Positions 17,274-25,337 of a stretch of 64,000 bases of DNA are shown here, one piece after another; position 1 is the first letter of the stretch, and each line of letters opens with the position of its first letter. The stretch is taken from contig CAVQWS010000013.1 in NCBI GenBank assembly GCA_963717725.1, positions 448 through 64,447 on the forward strand. Reading direction: 5' to 3'. Below the pieces are notes generated by a model. The model had not been told where the DNA came from, ran no database searches, and was given only the letters and a program-made list of their open reading frames with translations. Source of the stretch: an uncultured Actinomycetes bacterium (GTDB lineage Bacteria; Actinomycetota; Thermoleophilia; Gaiellales; Gaiellaceae). Made by a program: the position numbers and the translations under genes.

Positions 17274-18559
17274 CGCAGCTCCCTCGTCGCCACAGGCGCC
17301 CACAGCACCGAGAAGCGCGGGTTCAGCGCCAGCGCACGGCCGAGCCAGCTCCTCGCTGCGGCCCGGTGACCGAGGCAGTGCTCGATCTCGCCGCGGTGGA
17401 AGTACTTGAGCGCATCGAGCGTGCCAAGCCGGAGGGCGCGCCTGGAGTAGCGCAGCGCCTCGCCGCAGTGCCCGGTTCGCGCGAGCGCCCAAGCCAGGAC
17501 GTCGTCTCCGTCGATCGACGGGCGCTCCCGCTGCGCGTGCCGAGCGAGCGCGAGCGAGGCCGAGAGGCGAATGCCGTGATCGACGTCGAAGAGCGCCGTC
17601 TCGAGGTCGGTCTGGACGCCGTTGGCGACGAGCAGTCGCTCGATGACGCCGATCAGCGCGTACTGCTTAGCGGCTTCCGCCGCTCGGCCGTCCGAGCCCT
17701 GGAGGTCGCCGAGCATCGCCACGTACTGCGGCAGCGGAATCCGGTCGACCGCTTCCTGCTCCGCCGCGATCGCCTCCTGGACGTGTCCGCGGCCGTACTC
17801 GGCCCAGGCCAGCGCGTCATAGGCCGGCGCGTAGCCGGGGAAGGCCCGCACGGCGGCGTGCGCCTGCGCGAGCGCCGGCGCGACCCGGCCGACCGAGAAC
17901 GCGGCCCTGCTCAGCTGCACGCGGGTCCACGCCTCGATCTCTCCCTGTCCGAGCGAGGCCTCGAGCGCAGACCGCAGCGCCGAGCGGGCGCCGGCCACGT
18001 CACCGAGCAGCAGGCGCGCGTGTCCGACCCGCGCGTACGACGAGACGTCGGGCCGCAGCCCGGACATCGTGTCGAACGCCTGGAATCCTTGCTTGTAGCG
18101 CCCCAGCTCGACGAGCGCGTCGCCGATCACGCCGTAGTTGCGCGCCGTCGTCGGCGAGATCGCCCGCGCGCGGCGGCCGAGCGCGAGCGCCTCGCGGAAG
18201 CGGTGCCGCGAGAGCGCGAGCGAGCCGAGGCCGCTGGTCGCGATCAGGTCGCGCGGTGCGAGGCGCAGCGCCCGCCGCAACACCTCGTCCGACTTGGTGT
18301 AGTAGGTCGGGTCGCCCGTCTCGCGGGCCCGCTGCTGGTACGCGAGCCCGAGCGCGTCGAGCGAGCGCACGTCGTCGCGGCTCCCGCGCAGCTCGTTCTG
18401 GAGTTTCGCGATCTGCGTCGACGTGTCATCGGCCGCGGGCGGCCGTGCGACCAGGGCGGAGCTGGCCTGCGGCGAGCCGTGCAGCGCCCCGCCGAGGAAC
18501 AGGGCGGTGACCGTCAGCCCCGCTGCCACTCCTCCGATCAGCAATCTCCGTGCCTTCAT
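17270..18559 (-). CDS. Exported tetratricopeptide-repeat protein
   Basis: Signal anchor 'MKARRLLIGGVAAGLTVTALFLGG', then repeated 34-aa Ala/Leu/Tyr TPR periodicity throughout. Confidence 0.8.
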   Translation of the reverse strand: MKARRLLIGGVAAGLTVTALFLGGALHGSPQASSALVARPPAADDTSTQIAKLQNELRGSRDDVRSLDALGLAYQQRARETGDPTYYTKSDEVLRRALRLAPRDLIATSGLGSLALSRHRFREALALGRRARAISPTTARNYGVIGDALVELGRYKQGFQAFDTMSGLRPDVSSYARVGHARLLLGDVAGARSALRSALEASLGQGEIEAWTRVQLSRAAFSVGRVAPALAQAHAAVRAFPGYAPAYDALAWAEYGRGHVQEAIAAEQEAVDRIPLPQYVAMLGDLQGSDGRAAEAAKQYALIGVIERLLVANGVQTDLETALFDVDHGIRLSASLALARHAQRERPSIDGDDVLAWALARTGHCGEALRYSRRALRLGTLDALKYFHRGEIEHCLGHRAAARSWLGRALALNPRFSVLWAPVATRELR

Positions 18560-18576
18560 GACACTCCTTCAGCCGG

Positions 18577-18613
18577 GACGGAGGGGCCCGCCGGCTGGCC
18601 GGGCCCCTCCGTC
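18577..18613 (-). other. Intercistronic 14-bp GC hairpin between the DUF4331 and TPR genes
   Basis: GACGGAGGGGCCCG (18577-18590) and CGGGCCCCTCCGTC (18600-18613) are perfect complements around a 9-nt loop. No U-tract on the coding (minus) strand. Confidence 0.45.
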
Positions 18614-18626
18614 GTCTGGTCGCCGC

Positions 18627-20132
18627 CTAGGGCACCTCGTAGCCCTGATGCGGATTCGCGACGTACGGGAACGTGTTGGAGAGCGACACGTCGTTGGCGT
18701 CGACTCCGTCACCGACGAGGTTGTTCGGGCTCAGGTTCGGCAGACCGAACGCCCCGTTGAGGAACGAGCCGTAGCCCTGGCCGATCGCCCGCAGCTCGAT
18801 GTCGACAACGTCGTCCCCCAGCCGCCGCCCGTTCGGGAAGCCGCAGAGGTCGGCGGCGAGGACGGCCATCCGGTCGGGCGCGGCCGGGCTGGCCGTGCCG
18901 CCGGGACAGGCGCCGTTCACGCCGGGCTTGATCGCCGTGTTGAGCCTGAGCAGATCCGACTGCGTCGAGCCCGTGAAGTTCAGCCCGGGCACGCCCGTGA
19001 GCAGGATCAGCGAGAGATCGTTGCGCCCTGTCTCGGCAATCGGTGCCAAGGCGCCGCCTGCATGACCGGCAGGTGGAGCGCCGTAGAGCACGTTCTCGAG
19101 GTGAGCGACCTCGGGAGTCGTGTAGTAGTGGGCGAACTGGCTGTCGTCAGCCGGATCGTCCCGGTTCCAGACGTCCTTGTCGCCCAGCGGGATCACGACC
19201 TCGTTGATGAGCGGGTTCCCGAGCCGGGAGACCTGCACCCACGGGCCGTGCCCGTCCTTCGTCCCGTCCGCCTTGAGGACGGTCTTCTGCTCGCGCTCGG
19301 CGCTTGCATAGATGCCGACCGTCGTGCTGGGAGCCTGCACGAGCTGCGAGATCGGCACGCGCAGGACGATCGAGTGCGTGTTGTAGTTCTTCAACGCGTC
19401 CACGCCCGCCGCCGCAGGCAGCGGAATCAGGTGGAACGGGTTGAACGGACGCAGCCCGGCCAGGTCGAAGACCGAGCCGAGGTCGACGTAGAACGGGTCG
19501 TCCCGCTGGCCGGCGAAGACCTTGATTCCGCCGGACAGGTTGGTGGCCGCCGCCGACGCGAGGGCGGCATAGTTCGGCGTCGAGCGGGGCCCGATGTTGT
19601 CGGGCGGCGTCGGGATGTTGCTGCCGAGGACGACCGGATCCTTCGCGTTGCCGTTCTTGTTCAACCGGACACGCGTGAGCGTGTAGGTCTGCGGCCGGTT
19701 CCAGTTCGGGCTGTCGAGCGAGGTGATCGGCCCGGTGTTGTAGAGGAATGTGTCCTCGTTCCGGGTCTGCGTCTGGAAACGGAACTGGTAGCCGATGTCG
19801 GCGTGTCCGTCCCCGTTCTGGTCGATCCCGATCTGGTAGAGAGCGCTGTCGTCGAAGCTGTAGAAGTTCGGCCCGCTGGCCGGTGCCTCGAGCGGGATGT
19901 AGTTCGCGATGATCGTGACCGTGTTCGTGTCGTCAGGGCTGACGAACGCGTACAGGTCGGTGTTGTCCGCTCGCGGGTCCTGGCTGATCAGCGGCGCCTC
20001 GGAGTGGCTGGACGCCTTAGCTGCGCTAGGCCCGGGAGCGTGGGTCAGGATCACCATGATCGCCAGCGCTCCGAGCGCGAGTGCGGCGGCCATGGCAACC
20101 GGTTTGCGGATACGTGGTACGGCTGCGTGCAT
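18627..20132 (-). CDS. Secreted DUF4331-family protein
   Basis: Signal peptide, then the family-typical N-terminus 'SSHSEAPLISQDPRADNTDLYAFVSPDD'. SD GGAGGAGG lies upstream of the ATG. Confidence 0.85.
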   Translation of the reverse strand: MHAAVPRIRKPVAMAAALALGALAIMVILTHAPGPSAAKASSHSEAPLISQDPRADNTDLYAFVSPDDTNTVTIIANYIPLEAPASGPNFYSFDDSALYQIGIDQNGDGHADIGYQFRFQTQTRNEDTFLYNTGPITSLDSPNWNRPQTYTLTRVRLNKNGNAKDPVVLGSNIPTPPDNIGPRSTPNYAALASAAATNLSGGIKVFAGQRDDPFYVDLGSVFDLAGLRPFNPFHLIPLPAAAGVDALKNYNTHSIVLRVPISQLVQAPSTTVGIYASAEREQKTVLKADGTKDGHGPWVQVSRLGNPLINEVVIPLGDKDVWNRDDPADDSQFAHYYTTPEVAHLENVLYGAPPAGHAGGALAPIAETGRNDLSLILLTGVPGLNFTGSTQSDLLRLNTAIKPGVNGACPGGTASPAAPDRMAVLAADLCGFPNGRRLGDDVVDIELRAIGQGYGSFLNGAFGLPNLSPNNLVGDGVDANDVSLSNTFPYVANPHQGYEVP

Positions 20133-20199
20133 GGGCTGGATGCCTCCTCCCCCCGGTGGTTGTCGAGCCTGGTTCGCAGCGGGGCCGCGAACGGTTCGG

Positions 20200-21106
20200 C
20201 TACGGGTGGATGCGCGTGCCGGCCCGGCCCTCGAGCGCCTTGCCCAGAGCTGCGGGCGAGGTGATCAGGGCCTCGTGGCCGGTGGCGCGGACGAACTCGA
20301 CCGACGCCTCGACCTTTGGCCGCATCGAGCCGGCCGCCAGCTCGTGGATGAGCGCCTCGGCCTCGTCGATGGAGAGCTCGCGCAGCTCCTCCTGGCTCTC
20401 GCCGCCGAAGTCACGGGAAACGGCGGTGACCTCGGTCAGGATCACCAGCCGGTCGGCGTCGAGCTCGCGGGCCAGCAGGGAGGAGGCCCGGTCCTTGTCG
20501 ATCACCGCGTCGATGCCGGCCAGGTGCTCGCCCGCGCCTGGTCGCCGGGATGCCGCCGCCGCCGCAGGCGACGACGATCGAGCCCGAGGCGAGCAGCGAG
20601 CGGATCGCGCCGAGCTCGACCACCTCGAGCGGCTTCGGCGAAGGCACGACGCGGCGCCAGCCCCGGCCGGAGTCGTGGACGACCTGCCAGCCGCGGTCGC
20701 GCTCCAGCGCACGCGCCTCGTCCTCGCCGTAGAACGGCCCGACCGGCTTGGTCGGCTCCGCGAAGGCCGGGTCGTCCTCGGCCACCAGCACGTGGGTCAG
20801 CAGGCAGACCACCGGGCGGCCGGCGACGGGCTCGAGCTCGCTTTCGATCAGCGCGCCGATCTCCGCCTGGGTCTGCGCGACCGCGAGGTAAAGCGGCAGC
20901 GGCGGCACCTCGTCGGCGGCGCGTTCCTGACGGAGCAGCTCGTTGCCGACCTGCGGGCCGTTCCCATGCGTGACGACCAGCTCGCCGCCCAGGAGCGGCC
21001 GCAGCGCGGCGCAGGCCTCCCGCAGATTCGCGCGCTGCTCGGCGGCCGTGCCGCGCTCGCCGGGCCGCATCAGCGCGTTCCCGCCGAGCGCGACGACGAT
21101 GCTCAC
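20200..21106 (-). pseudogene. arcC: Carbamate kinase interrupted by a +1 frame change
   Basis: N-terminal 'VALGGNAL...THGNGPQVG...ACGGGGIPA' is in track ORF 20411..21106. C-terminal 'EHLAGIDAVIDKDRASSLLA...GSMRPKV...GTRI' is in track ORF 20200..20712. The 907-nt span is not a multiple of 3. Confidence 0.8.
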
Positions 21107-22443
21107 ACGAGTGCTTTGTCGCCTATGAGGCCGTGCTCGGTGAGGACGTCGGCCAGTGTCGGCTCGCCGACTTCCTGGAGCTTGTACGTCACCCGCAGCG
21201 CGGGCACGTCGAAGTCGATCAGCTTGCGCAGGTCGATCGGCGTTCCGATCAGCACGAGCTCGGCGCCCGAGGCCTCGATCGTGGCCTTGAGGTCGTCCAT
21301 CTGCTTGCGCCCATAGCCCATCGCGGGCAGCAGCGCGCCGACGTTCGGGTAGTCCACGAAGGTCTGCGCGATCGAGCCGACGGCCGCGGAGCGGGGGTCG
21401 ATCAGCTCGGCCGCGCCGTTCGCCTTCGCGGCGAGCACGGCTGCGCCGTAGGTCATCTCGCCGTGGGTCAGCGTCGGCCCGTCCTCGATCGCGAGCACGC
21501 GCTTGCCGGCGATGTCGGCGATGTCGCCCTCGACGTGGAACGGCGAGGCCGCGAGCACGATCTTCGCCCCCGGGTTGTGGGTGCGGATCGAGTCGAGCAC
21601 GGCGTCGATGCCTTCCTGGGTGGCGCTGTCGATCTTGTTCACGACGCAGACATCGGCCATGCGCAGATTGGTCTCGCCCGGGTGGTAGCGCAGCTCGTGG
21701 CCGGCGCGGTGCGGGTCGACGACGACGATGTGGACGTTCGGCTTCACGAACGGCGTGTCGTTGTTGCCGCCGTCCCAGAGGATCACGTCCGCCTCCTGCT
21801 CGGCGCGGTCGAGGATCGCCGCGTAGTCGATCCCGGCGAAGACGAGGTTGCCCTCGGCGATGTGCGGCTCGTACTCCTCGCGCTCCTCGATCGTCGCGTC
21901 GGCGGCGTCGAGGTCCTCGTAGCGCTCGAAGCGCTGGACGGCCTGCTTGGTCAGATCGCCGTAGGGCATCGGGTGCCGCAGGACGGCGACGCGCTTGCCC
22001 GACTCGCGCAGCAGCGCGGCGACGTGGCGCGTGGTCTGGCTCTTGCCCGAGCCGGTGCGGACGGCGCAGATCGCGACCGCCGGCTTGGACGAAGTCAGCA
22101 TCGTCTCGCGCGGCGAGATCAGCCGGTACGAGGCGCCGGCCGCCAGTGCGCGCGAGCCGACGTGCATCACGTGCTCGTGCGTCACGTCGGAGTAGGCGAA
22201 GACGACCTCGTCGACCTCGTGCTTGGCGATCAGCTGCTCGAGCTCGGCCTCGGGCTCGATCGGGATCCCGTCGGGGTAGAGCTCACCCGCCAGCTCGGGC
22301 GGGTAGACGCGCCCGGCGATGTCCGGGATCTGCGTCGCCGTGAAGGCGACCACCTCGTACTCCTCGCGGCCCCGGTAGACGAGGTTGAAGTTGTGAAAGT
22401 CGCGGCCGGCCGCGCCCGCGATCAGCACCCGTGTCCTGGTCAT
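21103..22443 (-). CDS. Cyclic 2,3-diphosphoglycerate-synthetase-like P-loop protein
   Basis: 'VLIAGAAGRDFHNFN' N-terminus and P-loop 'RTGSGKSQT'. Its stop overlaps the arcC GTG (GTGA). The family assignment is from memory of proteins annotated this way. Confidence 0.6.
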   Translation of the reverse strand: MTRTRVLIAGAAGRDFHNFNLVYRGREEYEVVAFTATQIPDIAGRVYPPELAGELYPDGIPIEPEAELEQLIAKHEVDEVVFAYSDVTHEHVMHVGSRALAAGASYRLISPRETMLTSSKPAVAICAVRTGSGKSQTTRHVAALLRESGKRVAVLRHPMPYGDLTKQAVQRFERYEDLDAADATIEEREEYEPHIAEGNLVFAGIDYAAILDRAEQEADVILWDGGNNDTPFVKPNVHIVVVDPHRAGHELRYHPGETNLRMADVCVVNKIDSATQEGIDAVLDSIRTHNPGAKIVLAASPFHVEGDIADIAGKRVLAIEDGPTLTHGEMTYGAAVLAAKANGAAELIDPRSAAVGSIAQTFVDYPNVGALLPAMGYGRKQMDDLKATIEASGAELVLIGTPIDLRKLIDFDVPALRVTYKLQEVGEPTLADVLTEHGLIGDKALV

Positions 22444-22479
22444 GCATAAAGCTTATGCAGCTACACAGGACAGCGGCGC

Positions 22480-23379
22480 TCAGACTGCGAGGACCTGCTC
22501 GATCCGAAAGTGGGCATTGGCCACGAGCTCGGGGTTCGTGTCCCGGTAATACGGAAGGATGCAGATTCCGGTCCAGAGCGCCCAACCTCGACCGCGCTCC
22601 CAGGTTGCGTCGTCGACCTGCAGCTCCTCACCCAACAGCTGCCTCGCCCCCGCGGGCAGGAGGTTCCAGGCGACGGCCAGGTCCACAGCCGGATCGCCGA
22701 GCCCGAGCAGGCCCCAGTCGATCACCCCTGTCAGCCTCGACCCCTGGACGATCAGATTGGCCGGCATCAGGTCTCCGTGAAGCCAGACCGGCTCGCCGTG
22801 CCAAGGCGGAGTGGCCAGCGCGCTCTCCCACGCGATCAGTGCCGCCTTGGTGTCGATCGTCTGCTCGAGCTCAGCGAGCGCGACCCGGGTCGGCTCGTCC
22901 CAGCGGGCGAGCGAGGAACCGCGAGCCGTGAGCGGCGGGTCGGGTAGCTCGACGAGCCACAGTGCCCGGATCAGCTCCGCAATCTTTCGGGCGAGCTCCT
23001 CCGGGTCGTCCAGCGCCTCGAAGTCCGGGGTCTCGCCGGCGAGCCAGGAGTAGACACCCCAGGCGGCGGGATAGCCGTCCGCGGGAGCGCCTTTGGCGAG
23101 AGGTACGGGAACGGCGACCGGCAGCAGTGGCGAAAGCCTGGGCAGCCAGCGCGCATCTCGGTCGAACGACCGCCCTTCCGCATCGTTTCCGCGGTCGCGG
23201 ATGCGGGGCAGGCGCACGACCTTGTCGCCTCCCAGCCGGTAGAGGACGTTGTCGGTCCCAGGGGAGGGGATCCGCTCGAGCGGCAGCTCGGCCCACTGCG
23301 GGAACTGCTCGGCGACCAACCGTACGATGAGACTGTCGTCCAGCCCGAGCTCGTCGGGGTGCATCGTTCCTGGCGGCAT
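22480..23379 (-). CDS. Aminoglycoside/choline-kinase-type phosphotransferase (APH family)
   Basis: Brenner motif 'LHGDLMPANL' and 'VIDWG' (metal-binding Asp). The start may be Met6. Confidence 0.8.
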   Translation of the reverse strand: MPPGTMHPDELGLDDSLIVRLVAEQFPQWAELPLERIPSPGTDNVLYRLGGDKVVRLPRIRDRGNDAEGRSFDRDARWLPRLSPLLPVAVPVPLAKGAPADGYPAAWGVYSWLAGETPDFEALDDPEELARKIAELIRALWLVELPDPPLTARGSSLARWDEPTRVALAELEQTIDTKAALIAWESALATPPWHGEPVWLHGDLMPANLIVQGSRLTGVIDWGLLGLGDPAVDLAVAWNLLPAGARQLLGEELQVDDATWERGRGWALWTGICILPYYRDTNPELVANAHFRIEQVLAV

Positions 23380-23390
23380 GCCAGGCGAAG

Positions 23391-24869
23391 CTACGAGAGG
23401 TGCTCTCGCACACGGTCGCCGACGGCGGACATCTGGATCTCCGCGCCGGTGACGTCCTTCAGCAGCTCGTCGGCGGTCGGCTTCTGGCCCAAGCCCCAGA
23501 GCTCGCGCAGCAGCGAGCCCGCCTCGCGCTGGGCGAACCAGTCGCTGCCGAAGCGCTCGCGCAGGTGGTCGCGCAGCTGACTCTCAAACGCCCACGAGCG
23601 GAGGTAGGCGGTGACGTAGAAGCCGGAGTCGATGTCCGCGAGGTAGTTGGCCTCGCTGATCTCGAACTTGAGCGCGTCGCCGAGCAGCTCGGCGTAGCGC
23701 TTCGGCATCTCGCCGATGTCGTCGGCCGAGTGGAACTCGAGCTCGTAGAGCAGCTTCGCCGAGTAGCGGCGCACGAAGAAGAGCAGCCAGAGCATTCCCT
23801 CGGCCGCGTACTCGTCCGGGCGCGGAAAATCGAGCTTGCGCGAGAGCCAGCCGGGCTCGTCGGTCAGGTGCTGCATCAGCATCGCCCAGCCCTCGGTGAC
23901 CGCCGTGTCGCCCAGGCGCTTCTCCTCCATCGCCAGGTCGCGCGAGGTATTGCCGAAGTGCTCGGCGTGCCCGGCCTCGTGGAAGAAGGCGCGCCAATCG
24001 TCGGCGCCGCCGATCGGCTGGATCACGAGCATCACCTTGTCCGGGACCTCGATCGGCGAGCAGAACGCGCGCGGCGTCTTCTGCGGTCGCTGCTCGATGT
24101 CGAGCGTGATGTTCTGCTGGCTGTCGAGGTCGATCCCGAGGTCGGCCAGCGTCGCCCGCAGCGCCGGCACCATCTTGTCGCCGGGGAAGCCCTCGTCCCA
24201 CTGCGGCGAGCGCAGCAGGCGCTGCACGTCCCAGCGCGCGAGCTCGTCGAGCGAGATCCCGAGCAGTGTCCGTGAGGCGCGGTCCATGCGCTCCTCGTAG
24301 AGCTGCTCGGTGTCGGCGAGGAACGCCACGCATTGCGCTGCCAGCTCCTCGAGCCGGAAGCCGAAGCGCTCATAGAGCTCGACGTAGGTCGAGACGCCGA
24401 GTGAGGGCAGCTCCCGGCGGACGACGTCGACGCCGTCCAGGTAGATCGGGTTCAGGTGCTCCTCGGTCGCCTCCCACATCGCGCGGTCGAGCTGCTCGCG
24501 CTTCCCGCGATCGGCCTCGTTGGCCATCTCCGGGCGGATCATTCGGAAGGGCAGCGTCTCGCCGTCGACGGTCACCTCGAGCTCGGCCTCCAGCTCGGCG
24601 AGCTTCTCAGCGTGCTCGCGCGTGAACTTGCCGAGGTAGCCCTCGCAGCCGAACTCCCAGAGCTCGCGGATGCGGCGGTCGCCGTTCACCGCCGCGCCGA
24701 CGGCCTGCACGTTCTCGAGCTCCGTCAGCTTCGAGTGCCGGTCGTAGATGTCCTCGAGCTCGAGCTTGTCCTTCAGGCCCGCGTAGTGCTGGTAGTACTC
24801 CTCGTCGAGCTCGGCGATGAAGCGGTCGGCTTCGGCGCTGTAGGCCTCGATCTCCGGGCTGCTCGGCAT
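23391..24869 (-). CDS. M3-like zinc metallopeptidase (oligoendopeptidase-F-like)
   Basis: 'FFHEAGHAEH' HExxH zinc motif in a ~490-aa helical protein. Confidence 0.7.
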   Translation of the reverse strand: MPSSPEIEAYSAEADRFIAELDEEYYQHYAGLKDKLELEDIYDRHSKLTELENVQAVGAAVNGDRRIRELWEFGCEGYLGKFTREHAEKLAELEAELEVTVDGETLPFRMIRPEMANEADRGKREQLDRAMWEATEEHLNPIYLDGVDVVRRELPSLGVSTYVELYERFGFRLEELAAQCVAFLADTEQLYEERMDRASRTLLGISLDELARWDVQRLLRSPQWDEGFPGDKMVPALRATLADLGIDLDSQQNITLDIEQRPQKTPRAFCSPIEVPDKVMLVIQPIGGADDWRAFFHEAGHAEHFGNTSRDLAMEEKRLGDTAVTEGWAMLMQHLTDEPGWLSRKLDFPRPDEYAAEGMLWLLFFVRRYSAKLLYELEFHSADDIGEMPKRYAELLGDALKFEISEANYLADIDSGFYVTAYLRSWAFESQLRDHLRERFGSDWFAQREAGSLLRELWGLGQKPTADELLKDVTGAEIQMSAVGDRVREHLS

Positions 24870-24886
24870 AGCCGTAGGATATCCGG

Positions 24887-25285
24887 GTGCGAGAGATCAG
24901 CCTTCGGACCGAGCGGCGGACGCAGCTGCTCGACATCACGGAACAGGTTGAGCTAGCGCTCAACGGGGCCAACGGGGCGGCCGCCGCGCTCGTCTATGTG
25001 CCCCACACGACCGCCGGCGTGACGATCAACGAGGACATCGATCCGGTGCTCGCCGCAGACCTCGAGCAGGCGATGGAGAAGGTGGTCGAGGACGGCTGGA
25101 CGTGGAAGCACGACGACGAGGACGGCCCGAACGCGCCCTCGCACATGCGCGCGTCGCTGATCAGCCCTGAAGTGCTCGTGCCGCTGCAGGAAGGCAAGCT
25201 CGCCCTCGGCCGCTACCAGGGGATCTTCTTCTGCGAGTTCGACGGGCCGCGCGAGCGCAAGGTCTACGTGACCGCGCTTAGCTGA
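24887..25285 (+). CDS. YjbQ/UPF0047 family protein (secondary thiamine-phosphate-synthase type)
   Basis: 'VYVPHTTAGVTINEDIDP' and 'NAPSHMRASL' family motifs. Confidence 0.8.
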   Translation: MREISLRTERRTQLLDITEQVELALNGANGAAAALVYVPHTTAGVTINEDIDPVLAADLEQAMEKVVEDGWTWKHDDEDGPNAPSHMRASLISPEVLVPLQEGKLALGRYQGIFFCEFDGPRERKVYVTALS

Positions 25286-25337
25286 GTCACAACCGGGCGT
25301 ACACCTGAACTCAACGTGAGCGGCGTACGTTCCGCTC

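Noticed and set aside
20133-20199. ECF-type promoter (GGAAC-N16/17-CGT) upstream of the DUF4331 gene, using the two GAACC words on the minus strand.
   Set aside because: No matching -10 element lies at the right spacing. The words form a weak 6-bp hairpin instead.
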